Source: Polyangiaceae bacterium (lineage in GTDB: Bacteria; Myxococcota_A; Polyangia; Polyangiales; Polyangiaceae). Taken from it: a DNA stretch of 64,000 nt. Location: contig JBILLK010000027.1 in the NCBI GenBank assembly GCA_044376115.1, positions 32,001 to 96,000 on the forward strand. The letters run 5' to 3'. A program made the position numbers and the translations under genes. Below the pieces are notes generated by a model. The model was not told the origin of the DNA. It made no database searches and saw nothing but the letters and a program-made list of their open reading frames with translations. Of the stretch, positions 44,521 through 58,300 are shown piece by piece (positions within the stretch are counted from its first letter, which is position 1; each line of letters begins with the position of its first letter).

Positions 44521-45303
44521 ATGCTCGGTTACGTGCAAGACGTCTTGCTTGCCTACGTTGGTAGCCTGGCGATACTGCTGATTGCCTTCGCCCCGCTCGA
44601 GAGACGTTTTCCAGCGCGCCCAAGGCAGCCGCTACTACGCGGCGAATGGAAGACCGACTTGGCCTTCCTCACAGGCCAATACCTGGTGTTTACCCTGGCC
44701 TCCTCGGCCCTGCTCAGCGTTCTCTCGCGGCTCAGCTATGGGGGGATCGTAGGCCCTTGGCTCAGCGCATTGCGGACCGCAGTTCGTTCGCTGCCGCTGC
44801 TCGTGGCCCTTTTTTTTACCACCGTACTCGGCGATTTACTTATCTATTGGTTTCACCGCGCTTGTCATCGGTTCGACTTCCTTTGGCGCTTTCATCGGGT
44901 TCATCACACCGCGAAGACGTTGGACTTTTTGGCCGCCCATCGCGAACACCCGCTCGATGGCTTATTCACCCAGCTGATACAGAACCTGCCCCTGCTGCTA
45001 TCTGGGCTACCTGTCCGATATTTGGCAGGATTAGTGGCCTTTCGCGGGGTTTGGGCGGTCTTCATCCACTCCAATATCCGATTGCCGCTCGGGCCGTTGC
45101 GCGTCCTCCTCGGCGCACCGGAGCTTCACCACTATCATCATGCGCTCGATCGTAAGACGGGCAATTACGCTAACTTGGCGCCCTGGCTCGACTGCCTGTT
45201 TGGTACCTACGTGGTGGCCAAAGAAGCCTATGAGTTGGGTGTACCGAATAACCCGCCTCGCAGCTATTGGCAGCATCTGCTGAGTCCCTTCAAGCGCGGC
45301 TAG
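44521..45303 (+). CDS. Sterol desaturase / fatty-acid hydroxylase family enzyme
   Basis: His boxes HRACH, HRVHH, HSN, HHYHH; NYA...WLD.LFGT. Confidence 0.92.
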   Translation: MLGYVQDVLLAYVGSLAILLIAFAPLERRFPARPRQPLLRGEWKTDLAFLTGQYLVFTLASSALLSVLSRLSYGGIVGPWLSALRTAVRSLPLLVALFFTTVLGDLLIYWFHRACHRFDFLWRFHRVHHTAKTLDFLAAHREHPLDGLFTQLIQNLPLLLSGLPVRYLAGLVAFRGVWAVFIHSNIRLPLGPLRVLLGAPELHHYHHALDRKTGNYANLAPWLDCLFGTYVVAKEAYELGVPNNPPRSYWQHLLSPFKRG

Positions 45304-45426
45304 CATCTCAGCGGGCGAATCCGGACCGTCTGCCTCGACAATGCCGGGACAAACCCCGAGCAGCGGCCAAAAACAAAGCCGAAAACTGGTCTAGCCCAGC
45401 GCTTTCTGGCATCCGTCGCTGCGATC

Positions 45427-47421
45427 ATGTCTCACGCCATGCCGGATCTCACCCTCCCGCGGAGCCACCCGTCTGCCGAATCTGGCGAGAACGGCGTTGT
45501 TTCGCGACAGCAAGTCTCTGGGCCACGGTCGCGCGGAGCCATGCGATTGCCGCCAGCCGTACGGTTCGCCGATGACGCCCATCGCGCGAGGACCATCGCC
45601 GACGCAGAACGGGCGCGAGCGATCGTGCTGCTACCGCGTTGTTCCGGGCCAGGGCAACTCAAAGGTGCGATCGACGCCGATTTCGAGTCGGTGTTGGCTT
45701 CTCGGGGCGCGATGCCCTGCGCCGTGCGCAGCGACGCCCCGTACCGCGCCGTGGTCGAGGACCAACTCGCACGGGCGGCCATGCTTCCAGTGCGCGGGGT
45801 CTGTATCTCGATGCCTGTTTTGGCGGACCTTTGCGAAGCGAATGATTCGTTGAACGAGGACGATCTACGCACCCTCTCGGTTTGGGTCGAAGCGGCCAAG
45901 GTTCAACGGCGCTTGCGCGTCGTGGTGCTGCTCTCCGAGATCGATCGCGACACCACGCTTTTGGTGCCGCGACGGCTGGAGGACCATCTCGCTCCCAATC
46001 GTCTCGAGCATGAGACCGTGACCTCCCACAATTCCTTCGCCGATACTCCGCGCGCTCCGGCTGTGGAGGAGCGCGAGGTTGCGGCGGTTGAGCCGCCGAG
46101 CGAGCCCGTGGCGCCTGCTGTCGTTAGCGCCGTCGCGGTCAGTGAAGCGCTCGCTGAGGCGAACGAGGTCGCCCGTGTTGCCGTGGTCGTCGAGCCGGAG
46201 GCCGCGGTCGTCGAAGTGGAGGTGGTATTGCCGGTGGTGCTGTCCGCGCGCTCGGGCGATACGCTGAGGCCGCCTTCCTTGCCCGACCTGGATCTGGGTG
46301 AAGCGCTCGCCCAAGCGCTCAGTGGTAGCGAGGACGACGCAGAGGAAGAGGGCCCTTCATCGATTGAGGCGGCTACGGCCTATGCGTCATCGGCGCCCGT
46401 CGCTTTGGAGGAAAGTGAGCCCGATACAGCCTCGGAGCCAGAGGTAGAGGCCAGCGCCCCGGTGGTTCACGCTGTCAAAGCGGTTCCGGCCGCTGCGCCT
46501 TCCACGCCAGACTTCCGTAAGGCGATGAAGCGCGTTCTCGCGGACGAGCCTGCCGACGAGGTGATGATCTCGCGGGTTCAACAGACCGCGACCTTCCGCG
46601 GATATGCAATGGACCTCGATGCAGCCAAAGGGCCGAAGCCGGTGGCCATCGTGGAGCGCTTGTTTGCCCAGCGCTATGTACCATTGCTCGCCGCGGCCCA
46701 TCGCGGGGAGCTCGACGGAGCTGCGCTCGCGGTGGCCGAAGAATGGCGCGCGAGCTTCGCTGAGAGCTACGAGAACGCTTATGCGGGTATGCGAGCTACC
46801 GGCAAGCGCCCCACGATGGTGATGGACGCGCCTGACGTCGCAACGCGCGTGGCCCGTCTCTCGAGCGCACGCTCGATCAAGCTAATCATGGTTGATTCAA
46901 TGAGCTACGACCTCGGTGATCGCGTGCAAGCGCGCGTTGGTCGGGCGCTCGACAAGCGCGCCGTGCTGGTCGAGACCACGACGCTTTGGTCGGCTCTCCC
47001 GACGCGTACCTTCGCGCAGATGCACCTCTTGGCCAAAGGCCCCGAGGGGCTCAAAGACCCTGTCTCCGGGCCGCCGAGCGAGCCCGATGTAACGCGCGGA
47101 CGTGCCGTCTCTACGCTGCGACGCGAGAAGGTCGGCTCGCGCGAGCTGCTCAAGCTCGACTTGGTCGAGGCGCGGCTTCGCGCTCAGGGCGCTGCCTACG
47201 ACGAACGACTCGACGCCTTGGCCGATGAGATCGCCGAGGTGTTGGTGAAGTTCATGGAGACGCAGCCGCCGCGAACCTTGGTCTACATCTTTGGTGACCA
47301 CGGGTTCGTGCTCGGCGCTGGCTCGAACGGTTGGGCAACCGGCGCTGCGACCCAGGGAGGCGCCTCGCCCGAGGAGGTGCTCGTGGGCGGCTACGGCTTC
47401 CTAGTGGACGCCGTTCAATAG
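45427..47421 (+). CDS. Hypothetical protein with acidic linker and C-terminal PglZ-like (alkaline phosphatase fold) domain
   Basis: MVDSMSYD, SALPTRT, FGDHGF, QGGASPEEVLV. Confidence 0.7.
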   Translation: MSHAMPDLTLPRSHPSAESGENGVVSRQQVSGPRSRGAMRLPPAVRFADDAHRARTIADAERARAIVLLPRCSGPGQLKGAIDADFESVLASRGAMPCAVRSDAPYRAVVEDQLARAAMLPVRGVCISMPVLADLCEANDSLNEDDLRTLSVWVEAAKVQRRLRVVVLLSEIDRDTTLLVPRRLEDHLAPNRLEHETVTSHNSFADTPRAPAVEEREVAAVEPPSEPVAPAVVSAVAVSEALAEANEVARVAVVVEPEAAVVEVEVVLPVVLSARSGDTLRPPSLPDLDLGEALAQALSGSEDDAEEEGPSSIEAATAYASSAPVALEESEPDTASEPEVEASAPVVHAVKAVPAAAPSTPDFRKAMKRVLADEPADEVMISRVQQTATFRGYAMDLDAAKGPKPVAIVERLFAQRYVPLLAAAHRGELDGAALAVAEEWRASFAESYENAYAGMRATGKRPTMVMDAPDVATRVARLSSARSIKLIMVDSMSYDLGDRVQARVGRALDKRAVLVETTTLWSALPTRTFAQMHLLAKGPEGLKDPVSGPPSEPDVTRGRAVSTLRREKVGSRELLKLDLVEARLRAQGAAYDERLDALADEIAEVLVKFMETQPPRTLVYIFGDHGFVLGAGSNGWATGAATQGGASPEEVLVGGYGFLVDAVQ

Positions 47422-47439
47422 CGCAGTAGCGCGGGCGCG

Positions 47440-48588
47440 CTAACCCGAGCGCGCCTCTCGTTCGAGTTCACGGATAGCCGCATCCACCTCGGACTCGGCG
47501 TCGCTGGTCGCCGCCGCGGATAGCGCCTGCTGTAACGCCGGCGAGGCTGAGGCGGCTGCTGCGATGCGCAAGCCCGACGCAAATCGAGCCCACTCGTGAT
47601 GCTGACGTAGCTCGCGTGCAGCCCGCGCTCGGGTCAGGAGCTCCGCCCGCGGATTCTCCGCGAGTCGAGCGAGGTCACCTGCTGTTAGCTCGCGGTTGCG
47701 GAAGGTGCCTTCAGCGAGTGTCAGCCGTGCGGAAGCAAGCGGTGCTTCGTTCTCTTGCCAGGCGCATAGCCGCTTACGGACGAAGTCGACGAGCGCCGCG
47801 CGCGCGGCGCGCCCACGGCGGCCGAACGGCAGCAGCGGGGCAGAGATGAAGATGTCCTTCGAGAGTGTATGAAGCCTAAGCCAAGGCCCCCAAGCGCTCA
47901 CCCCGCGCAGCTCGGCGAACCCTACGAAGCGCTGCTCTGAAGGCCCGCTAACCCATATACCGTCCACTCCTATTCGGCCGTGGGTATGGTGAGAACCGCC
48001 GAGCCCAAGCAGCCCCAAAGCCATCAACGCAAAGGCAATGAAGGGCTCTCCTGCTTCGAGCGCCCAAACAAAGCCTGCCAGTGCCACGACCGTGGAGCCG
48101 ATCAGTCCGCCAAGCTGCAGGTGTCGTGCGGCGCTCTTGCCCGTGAGCACGGGCTCCGTGGCGAGTCCAAGCGCGGAATTCAAGTTGCGGTGCTGCTCCT
48201 CCGTGCGCACTTCAAGCTCGAGCAGCAACTGACCGTCGTCGATCACGACGGTGCGTTTGGCTGATTCGGTGCTGGGCTCGCTATAGGCGAATAGCCCGCG
48301 CGGGAGCCCACAAATGAAGCGGCCACTTTGCTGCCAAAGCGCACCCTCTCGAATCACGAAGTCTCCCTGTAGGGTACGGCCACGCGACGCGAGCTTGAGG
48401 AAGCTAAACCCGAAGGCCAGCGCAGCTACTACGCCTAGCGGAAATCGCTGTGAGTTAGGCCGCTCGGGTATCCGGAGCACGAAGAAGGCGCCTACCAAGG
48501 CGAGCACGGCCTCGAAGGCTCCCACTGAGGAATACGTTCGTACCACACCGGAGAAGGTCGTTTCTTCGCGTGGGTTGGTGGAGGTCAT
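47440..48588 (-). CDS. Hypothetical membrane protein (two TM-hairpin + beta-domain units)
   Basis: Four hydrophobic segments in two pairs; GAGG before ATG 48588. Confidence 0.6.
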   Translation of the reverse strand: MTSTNPREETTFSGVVRTYSSVGAFEAVLALVGAFFVLRIPERPNSQRFPLGVVAALAFGFSFLKLASRGRTLQGDFVIREGALWQQSGRFICGLPRGLFAYSEPSTESAKRTVVIDDGQLLLELEVRTEEQHRNLNSALGLATEPVLTGKSAARHLQLGGLIGSTVVALAGFVWALEAGEPFIAFALMALGLLGLGGSHHTHGRIGVDGIWVSGPSEQRFVGFAELRGVSAWGPWLRLHTLSKDIFISAPLLPFGRRGRAARAALVDFVRKRLCAWQENEAPLASARLTLAEGTFRNRELTAGDLARLAENPRAELLTRARAARELRQHHEWARFASGLRIAAAASASPALQQALSAAATSDAESEVDAAIRELEREARSG

Positions 48589-48598
48589 CGGAAGACCC

Positions 48599-49513
48599 TC
48601 ACTTTGACTGGGCCGCGATGGCGATTCCAGCCCCAGCCAGGATGATGAGCCCACCTATCGCTTCGGTGGCGGTTGGTACGATGCTCAGGGCGAGCGCCCC
48701 GAGCGCGGCGCTACCCAGCGTCTCCCCGGGGCACACCAGCGCCACCAGACTGGGCCGTAGAAAGCGTGCTCCTAGCTGAACCAACGTATGGCCGATGACC
48801 GTTGGTACGAGCGCCAGGGCTAGCAGCCCAAACAACTGATTAGAGCTTAAACTGGCAAAGCTCGGAGCACTGAACTGCGACGAGATGCCCAGCCAAGTAG
48901 CCAATACGATCGCCGATACGGCATAGACGAGCGGCGCTGAGTGAATAGCGGATAGTTGGTTTACCAAAGACCGTGACGCGCAAACGTAGAAACCGAAGAG
49001 CATCACAGCGGCGAGGACGATGCCGTCCCCAGCGAGGGTGTGCTCTCCAGCGCCGCTGGCTTGCGTACCAATGGTCAGGGCTCCAGCCGTTGCCACCCCG
49101 AGTCCCAGCCCCTCAAGGCGACTGGGCCGCAAACGAAACAGCATCCACGCCGCGAGCACGACCGATAGCGGCTCGAGCGCCACCAAGGACACCGCGGCGG
49201 GCAAGGAGGTTTTGCTGAGCCCCCATTGAAAGAGCCCAAAATGGGCTCCCAGCAGTGCGCCGCCAGCAATGATCCGCATCGCCGTCGACCAGCCCAGTTG
49301 GCGTACGGCTCGAACGAGCCCGCGCGCATCCCAGAGGGAAAGCAAGCTCGCCGCGACGATCACTCGGACCAAGGCGATGAAGATGGGATCCATCGGCGCG
49401 ACCAGCTTGGAGAGCGGTGCGCTCGTCGCGAAGGCGAGGCTAGCCGCCAATACCAGTCCTACGCTCCGCGCACTGCTTTGAGCCGGCGTGGACGTCACCT
49501 CGTCGCGGCTCAC
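48599..49513 (-). CDS. DMT/EamA family transporter
   Basis: About 10 TM helices with two EamA repeats; HF, TSL..A..LV.LEP, PTVIGHT. Confidence 0.9.
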   Translation of the reverse strand: MSRDEVTSTPAQSSARSVGLVLAASLAFATSAPLSKLVAPMDPIFIALVRVIVAASLLSLWDARGLVRAVRQLGWSTAMRIIAGGALLGAHFGLFQWGLSKTSLPAAVSLVALEPLSVVLAAWMLFRLRPSRLEGLGLGVATAGALTIGTQASGAGEHTLAGDGIVLAAVMLFGFYVCASRSLVNQLSAIHSAPLVYAVSAIVLATWLGISSQFSAPSFASLSSNQLFGLLALALVPTVIGHTLVQLGARFLRPSLVALVCPGETLGSAALGALALSIVPTATEAIGGLIILAGAGIAIAAQSK

Positions 49514-50523
49514 CCCGCTCCCGAGGGTAGGCTCACCTCACCAGCCCAAGCCTGCGAGAACGCGTCGCGTGCAGCTTGAATGCGCCCCTCCGGAGCGCGC
49601 CCCAGCGCGATCATCAACTTCGTCAGCGCCGCCTCGGTGGTCATGTCATAGGCGCTAATTGCGCCAGCGCCGTGTGCCGCAACTCCACCTTCATAGGCCG
49701 ATAGATCGACCGCGCCCCGTGGACACTGACTGACAATCACGACCGGAACATCGAGCCCGCGCGCATGTTCAATCACCGGGATTAGCGAGCGTTGCAGGCG
49801 CGGTACGTTGCCTGCGCCGAAGCCCTCGAGCACGACGCCACGTACCCCCGAGCCGAGAGCTCCGATGAGCAACTTGGGATCAAGCCCTGGGAAGGTGCGC
49901 ACCGCTAACACCCGCGGCTCGAGCCGATCGTCGTAGGGGGCGTGCGCTCGCGCCGCCAGGACATGCTTCTCCACCTGAACGCCCAACCCCAGCTCCGCAA
50001 GCGGTGGGCAACTCGGACTACCGAACGCGTTCATGCTCCAAGCGTCGAGCTTGGTCACGCGACACCCGCGAAAGAACCGCGAATTGAACACGACGCCGAC
50101 CTCCGGAATGCCGAGGGTTGCTACATGGCAAGCGTCCACGAGATTGGTTCTGGCGTCGGTGCGGATGGCATTGAGCGGTTTCTGAGCGCCGGTGAGCACC
50201 ACGCTGCGATCCAGCCCTGAAAGCAGATAAGCCAGCGCGCTCGCTGTGTAGCCCATGGTGTCCGTCCCATGCACGATGACGAACCCATCATAGCGACTCA
50301 GGTTGTCATGTACTTTGCGGCCAAGCTCAATCCAGTGCTCGGGCTGCATGTCTGCGGAATCGAGCTTGAACAGAAACGTGGTTTCGATCTCGGCCAATTG
50401 CTTGAGCACTGGAAGCTCGGCGAGCAGGTCACGCTTGTAAGCATCAGGCGAAAGCGCTCCCGACTCGGTGCTTTGGCCCATCATCAAGGTGCCCCCGGTG
50501 TGGACTAACAGTAGGCGCTTCAA
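49510..50523 (-). CDS. ansA: L-asparaginase type I
   Basis: HTGGT, LDSADM, HGTDTM.YTASAL, TGAQ.P, DMTTEAA..KL; no signal peptide. Confidence 0.92.
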   Translation of the reverse strand: MKRLLLVHTGGTLMMGQSTESGALSPDAYKRDLLAELPVLKQLAEIETTFLFKLDSADMQPEHWIELGRKVHDNLSRYDGFVIVHGTDTMGYTASALAYLLSGLDRSVVLTGAQKPLNAIRTDARTNLVDACHVATLGIPEVGVVFNSRFFRGCRVTKLDAWSMNAFGSPSCPPLAELGLGVQVEKHVLAARAHAPYDDRLEPRVLAVRTFPGLDPKLLIGALGSGVRGVVLEGFGAGNVPRLQRSLIPVIEHARGLDVPVVIVSQCPRGAVDLSAYEGGVAAHGAGAISAYDMTTEAALTKLMIALGRAPEGRIQAARDAFSQAWAGEVSLPSGAG

Positions 50524-51455
50524 GGTGTGCTCTCTTCCTTGGGCAGGAGGTTCTCTTCCGATTGCTCAAGGCCGCTTTGCTTGCCCCTAGTCGTCCAGCG
50601 TTGCGCGAGCCGCTCCACCGGAAAGAACGGGGCGAAGGCGAAACCGAACAGAGGAAACGGAAAGAAGATCCACATCACGAGCAGCACGCCAAAATGGAAG
50701 CTCCACATCGCTACGGCCCAGTAGCGACCAAGCCGCTCAGAGAGCAGCGCTAGCGGCGCCCCCAACTCGAGTACCAACGCGAAGACCGCGAGCGGCGGAA
50801 ATAGCCAACTATGGTGAGCCAGCCAAATGCCAATAGGAGAATAGGAGTCACCCAGGAGCAGCTTGCGCAGGTTGTCGTGCGCGACGTGATTGCGCAGTAT
50901 TTCTCCGCCGGCCCATGAGATGCCGGTGACCCGCAGTTTGGCGACCCCGGCGAGGACATACGCAAATACCGTCGCAATGGCCAGCGCCCGAACGCCAAAA
51001 CCAAAACGCCGTGCTGGAGCTGCGGTCGGCTGCCTGCGCGCGTCGAGGCTGTAGGCGGCAGCGGCGTCGGTGAAGGAAAGCAGGCAGACCTGAAGCACCA
51101 TCAGGTTCTCGGTGTGGAACACCATGCCAAAGGAGTTGCGGTAGCTCAGCGTCCAAAGAATGCTGGCCGCGAATAGCGGCGCTACGAGCCGAAAGCGGTA
51201 TCCAACTAAAAATAGCAGCGCGAGTACGATGGAGAGTGCGTGAACTGCGATCGTAACCGCCGGCGCGGCTGGGCTCGTCAGTAGTTTGACCGGACCTACC
51301 GGCTGAAATAGTTCAGCTGCTTGGCGGGTCGCTTGAATGATGCCCGGCGAACGCAGCACCAGATAGACCAGGGCGAAGAAGCCCACCCCCACGCGAATGG
51401 CCGCTAACCGTTCAGCCGGAAAAACCGGCCGAAAGAAGTCATTGAGCGCTTTCAT
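50520..51455 (-). CDS. HTTM domain membrane protein
   Basis: RLAAIR, VGYRFR, AYVLAGVAKL...W.GGE, LELGAP, FH. Confidence 0.8.
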   Translation of the reverse strand: MKALNDFFRPVFPAERLAAIRVGVGFFALVYLVLRSPGIIQATRQAAELFQPVGPVKLLTSPAAPAVTIAVHALSIVLALLFLVGYRFRLVAPLFAASILWTLSYRNSFGMVFHTENLMVLQVCLLSFTDAAAAYSLDARRQPTAAPARRFGFGVRALAIATVFAYVLAGVAKLRVTGISWAGGEILRNHVAHDNLRKLLLGDSYSPIGIWLAHHSWLFPPLAVFALVLELGAPLALLSERLGRYWAVAMWSFHFGVLLVMWIFFPFPLFGFAFAPFFPVERLAQRWTTRGKQSGLEQSEENLLPKEESTP

Positions 51456-51907
51456 CGGTCGACCTTGCAGTGGGCGTGCACCGTCTTCTTTTGAATGGCT
51501 GCGCTGGGGTCCTCGAAGTACTTCAAGGTGTCGTAGGTGACGGTGCGCATCTCGACAGCCTTGGCACCGGCAAATTCAGGGTCCGCGTTGACCTGCTTGG
51601 CCAAGTCCCAACACAGCTCCATCTGCGCGCGCTTGCCCCGCTTCTGTGTATTGATCAGCGTGACTTTGGCTTGCAGTACCTCGTCTGTGCCGAAGAAGCG
51701 CGGCTCGAGCGGGACTTCCCGACCGCCATCGAATACGGCGACTGCGTGCGTGACCGCGGTCCTTTCGTCTTGCCGGGTGGAGAACATGGCGTAAGCCGAG
51801 AACGGAAAGTCATCACGCGGCTGCGGCCACAAGGTGGGGGAGGCCATCAACAGCAGGACTGCTGATAGCAGCAGTATTTGAAAGGCTGGATGGTCGAGCA
51901 CTCGCAT
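51452..51907 (-). CDS. HTTM partner protein (single TM, PFS.Y.MFS motif)
   Basis: N-terminal TM then DFPFSAYAMFS; ATGA overlap with the HTTM gene. Confidence 0.7.
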   Translation of the reverse strand: MRVLDHPAFQILLLSAVLLLMASPTLWPQPRDDFPFSAYAMFSTRQDERTAVTHAVAVFDGGREVPLEPRFFGTDEVLQAKVTLINTQKRGKRAQMELCWDLAKQVNADPEFAGAKAVEMRTVTYDTLKYFEDPSAAIQKKTVHAHCKVDR

Positions 51908-51952
51908 TTCTGTCGCTACGTTGGCGCGAAGCGGAGCAAGCCGCAAGACGCT

Positions 51953-55302
<3,350 letters not shown>

Positions 55303-55306
<4 letters not shown>

Positions 55307-58300
55307 GGCCGCGCCCGGAGTTTATCGAGCTGCTGCAGTAGCTCGGGTAGCGGCGGCTTTCGTTTGCGCTCGACGCGGCCCTCCTCGTTCGGACCACAAA
55401 CGACGATATAGGGGCAGGTCTTGCAAGCGTCTTTGCGTGGATAAGCGACGAGGGTTCCTGCTTGCACCGCCTCTTCCACCAGATCGAGCACGGCCAAGGC
55501 ATCTCGCTGTGTTGCTCGCTGGACCGGGACGGCGACAGGGCGGCCGGCGCCTTTTTCGTTAGAATAGTAGAGGCGCGACTCAACGATATCTCGCGGGCTG
55601 CCAGCGCGCACGAGCAGCGCCTCCAGCGCCAAGGCGTAGAGCAAGGGTTGCAGCATCTCACCCCCGCCGATCACGGGCTGCTTGAAGCTCGCGCGGGGGG
55701 CCTTACCGGTCTTGAAGTCGGTGATGCGCAGCTCCCCTGACGGAGCTTGTTCGACTGCGTCCAGCGCTCCTAGCAGCAATGCGCCATTGGGGAGGCAAAC
55801 CGCGTCCTCGGAGCTTGTTTCGTCGAGGTGCTCGCGCACCGGGAGCCCGAAGCTCAAGTCCCCGTAGAGCGGCCGGAAGCCCTCGCCCGCGAGCTCAACG
55901 AAGTAGCCCGATAGCTCCGCCACGAGCCGCTCGACTTCGCGTTCAAAGACCCGGGCAATCCGCGGAGCCGCCTCGGCACGGAGTCGATCGGCCTCTTGCG
56001 TGGCGATCGTGCGGCATAGGCTGGTTATCTGCTGCGGGTCGAGCTCGGGCTTGCCGCGGAGCTCGCGCGTGAGCAGGGCTTGGCAACGGTGGTAAAGCTC
56101 TCCAAAGACGCGCGGTTCGAGGCGGTCGCGATCACTCGCCGGTACGATTTGTGGCCTTAGCCCGACCACGGCTCGCAAGAAGAAGCGATACGGACAGGCC
56201 GCAAAGAGCTCCAACGTGGAAGGTGCATAAGCGCGCTCTCGCAGCGACCGGCCGGTCAGCAGCTGGCTCTTCGGGTTGGTGAGGAAGCCGTCGCAATCGG
56301 TGAATAGCGTCTTGTTGTTGCGTTTGAAGCGGGAAGCCAGGGCGCCAAACAAATGTGGCGATGACCCAAATAGAAATCGCGCGGAGCCGCGGGGAGCGGC
56401 AGCGCCGGCCGCACGCAAGCCACGCAGGTGCGCTAATGCATATTCAGTTCGGTCAATCGCGGTGTCGGCCGAATGCGGGCCAGGCCAAAGCAATGACGTT
56501 TGGGCGCGTGCTTTGGCGCGTGACTCGAGCTGCTCCAACGAATCGATGCTGCGAGTCAGCGCGCGGCTCGCTTCAACGAAGAAGGCGCTCGGCACGCGCC
56601 CGCGACCCGCCGAGAGATCCACGCGTGAGTAGGAGCAGAAGAGCCGCTCGGTGGCCGAGCCAATAGCCATCAAAAAGCGTAGGCGTTCCCGCTCGTAACG
56701 AGCCGAATTGGTCGCGAGCAGCTGGACCTCCTGCCTCAGCGTGTCGGGCAGCAGTGGGTCCTCGCGCGGGCTCGCCGGGAACGTCCCGTCGGCCAGCCCG
56801 GTGATGAAGACCACGCGCCGTGCGCGCGCCGCCATGCCCTCTGGCGTGGTGATGAGCACCTTGCCGAACGGCGAGCCGCTCGGTCGCGACTCGAGCCAGG
56901 AGAGCCTCGAGCCAAGTAGCCCAACCACGTGCAATAGCTCGACCTCGTTGTCACGCGAGAGCAGCGGGTGAAGTTCGGTCAGCGTCGCAAGCAAAAGCTC
57001 CGGACGGTAGATCGCCCGAGCGGCGAGCTGCTCCAGGGCGGGCAATAGCTCACGATACGGCCCTCGCTCGGGGAGGCGATCCAAGTCCTCCAAGATCGGA
57101 ATCAGGAGAACTTGCAGCTCCTGCGCCGTCGCGAGCTCGTGCTGGAGGTGCGAGCGGGCGGGCGATTCAGGTGTAACCAGAAGTCGCTCGTTTATCCGAG
57201 CCTGCGCGAAAGCGACGCGAGCGGCGACCCCTGCAGCAATCGAGTGCCTACCGCCTTCCGCCTCCAGCGGTGCGGCAAACACGCCGAGTTCAGCCAGGAA
57301 CGCGGCCCAACGACGAGGATGAGGGACTGCGGCTTTAAGCGCCGAACTCGGGACGCCCTCCGTCTCCTCGATTTTGGGTGACTGCGCGATCTCCGCTTCC
57401 TCCGGGAAGGCGCTGACCTCAGCCTGCGGGCCAGGGCCGACATGGGCGATGGATAGATATTCAAAAAGTCGCGCAGGCGAGCCACGCTCGAGCCGGCAGT
57501 GGAGCAACGCTAGGAGCGCCCGGCCCGAGGCGTCGGGCGCTCGTACGCCCTCTTCGAAGTGGGCTGGGATACCGGCTCGCGCGAGCGCTAGGCTCAGACT
57601 CTCACTGGCCGTCTGCGGCTGACTAATGACGATAGCCATCTCGTCGAACCGCACGCCGCGAGCGGCCTCTCCATGAATCGCCCGGGCGATCTCGATCGAT
57701 TCAAGGTACTCACCGGCGCCAGCGAATAGCGTGACCTCGTGCTCGAACGACGCTTGATGCGGATTGCCGTGCAGGGTCTCGATGAAGCCGGGCACTCCAT
57801 TCGCGTTGGTCCAAGTCGGTGCGCCGTTGGTTTTTGCAATTGCGCCGAGCCGCTGTTGCGTCGGTACGTCCGCGGCGGGCAACGTGGCGAGCGCCGCTGG
57901 GCTGGCCTCACACAGCGCCTGCACGAACAAGGCCTCGACCGGCGTAAGATTGATGAGGTCTGCTAGCACCACTGGTAGGCCGGGGGCCGTGTTGTGCTTT
58001 AGGGCGAGCGCCGCGGTCAGATAGAGGTCGCGCTCGGCAGCGATCTTCAGCTCTTGGACGATTGCGAGATACGCGTCGTAGAACGGGAGCAACGCGAGGC
58101 CGTCTGCGGTGCGCAGCAGGTCGGTTTGCAGCACGAGTTCACGCGGCTCGAGGGTGCTTTCGAGCTCGTGGAGGGTGGCGGCCAAGGCCCGCGCGAACCC
58201 CGGCGTATGAACGGCTTGTGGCAGCGGTCGCGGCGCCTGGCGAGCCACCGTCTCCAGCGCAGCTGCGACCAGCGCCTCTCGTGCAAGCCGGGTTGGTGGG

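Noticed and set aside
44810..44817. T8 tract as a phase-variation site in the desaturase
   Set aside because: Short, in frame and encoding Leu-Phe-Phe in a TM segment; no evidence of slippage.
45402..45423. sigma54 promoter (TGGCATCCGTCGCTGC)
   Set aside because: GG-to-GC spacing is 11 rather than the required 10.
45427..47421. BREX defence system
   Set aside because: No brxC, pglX, brxL or brxA/B neighbours; only a degenerate PglZ-like domain.
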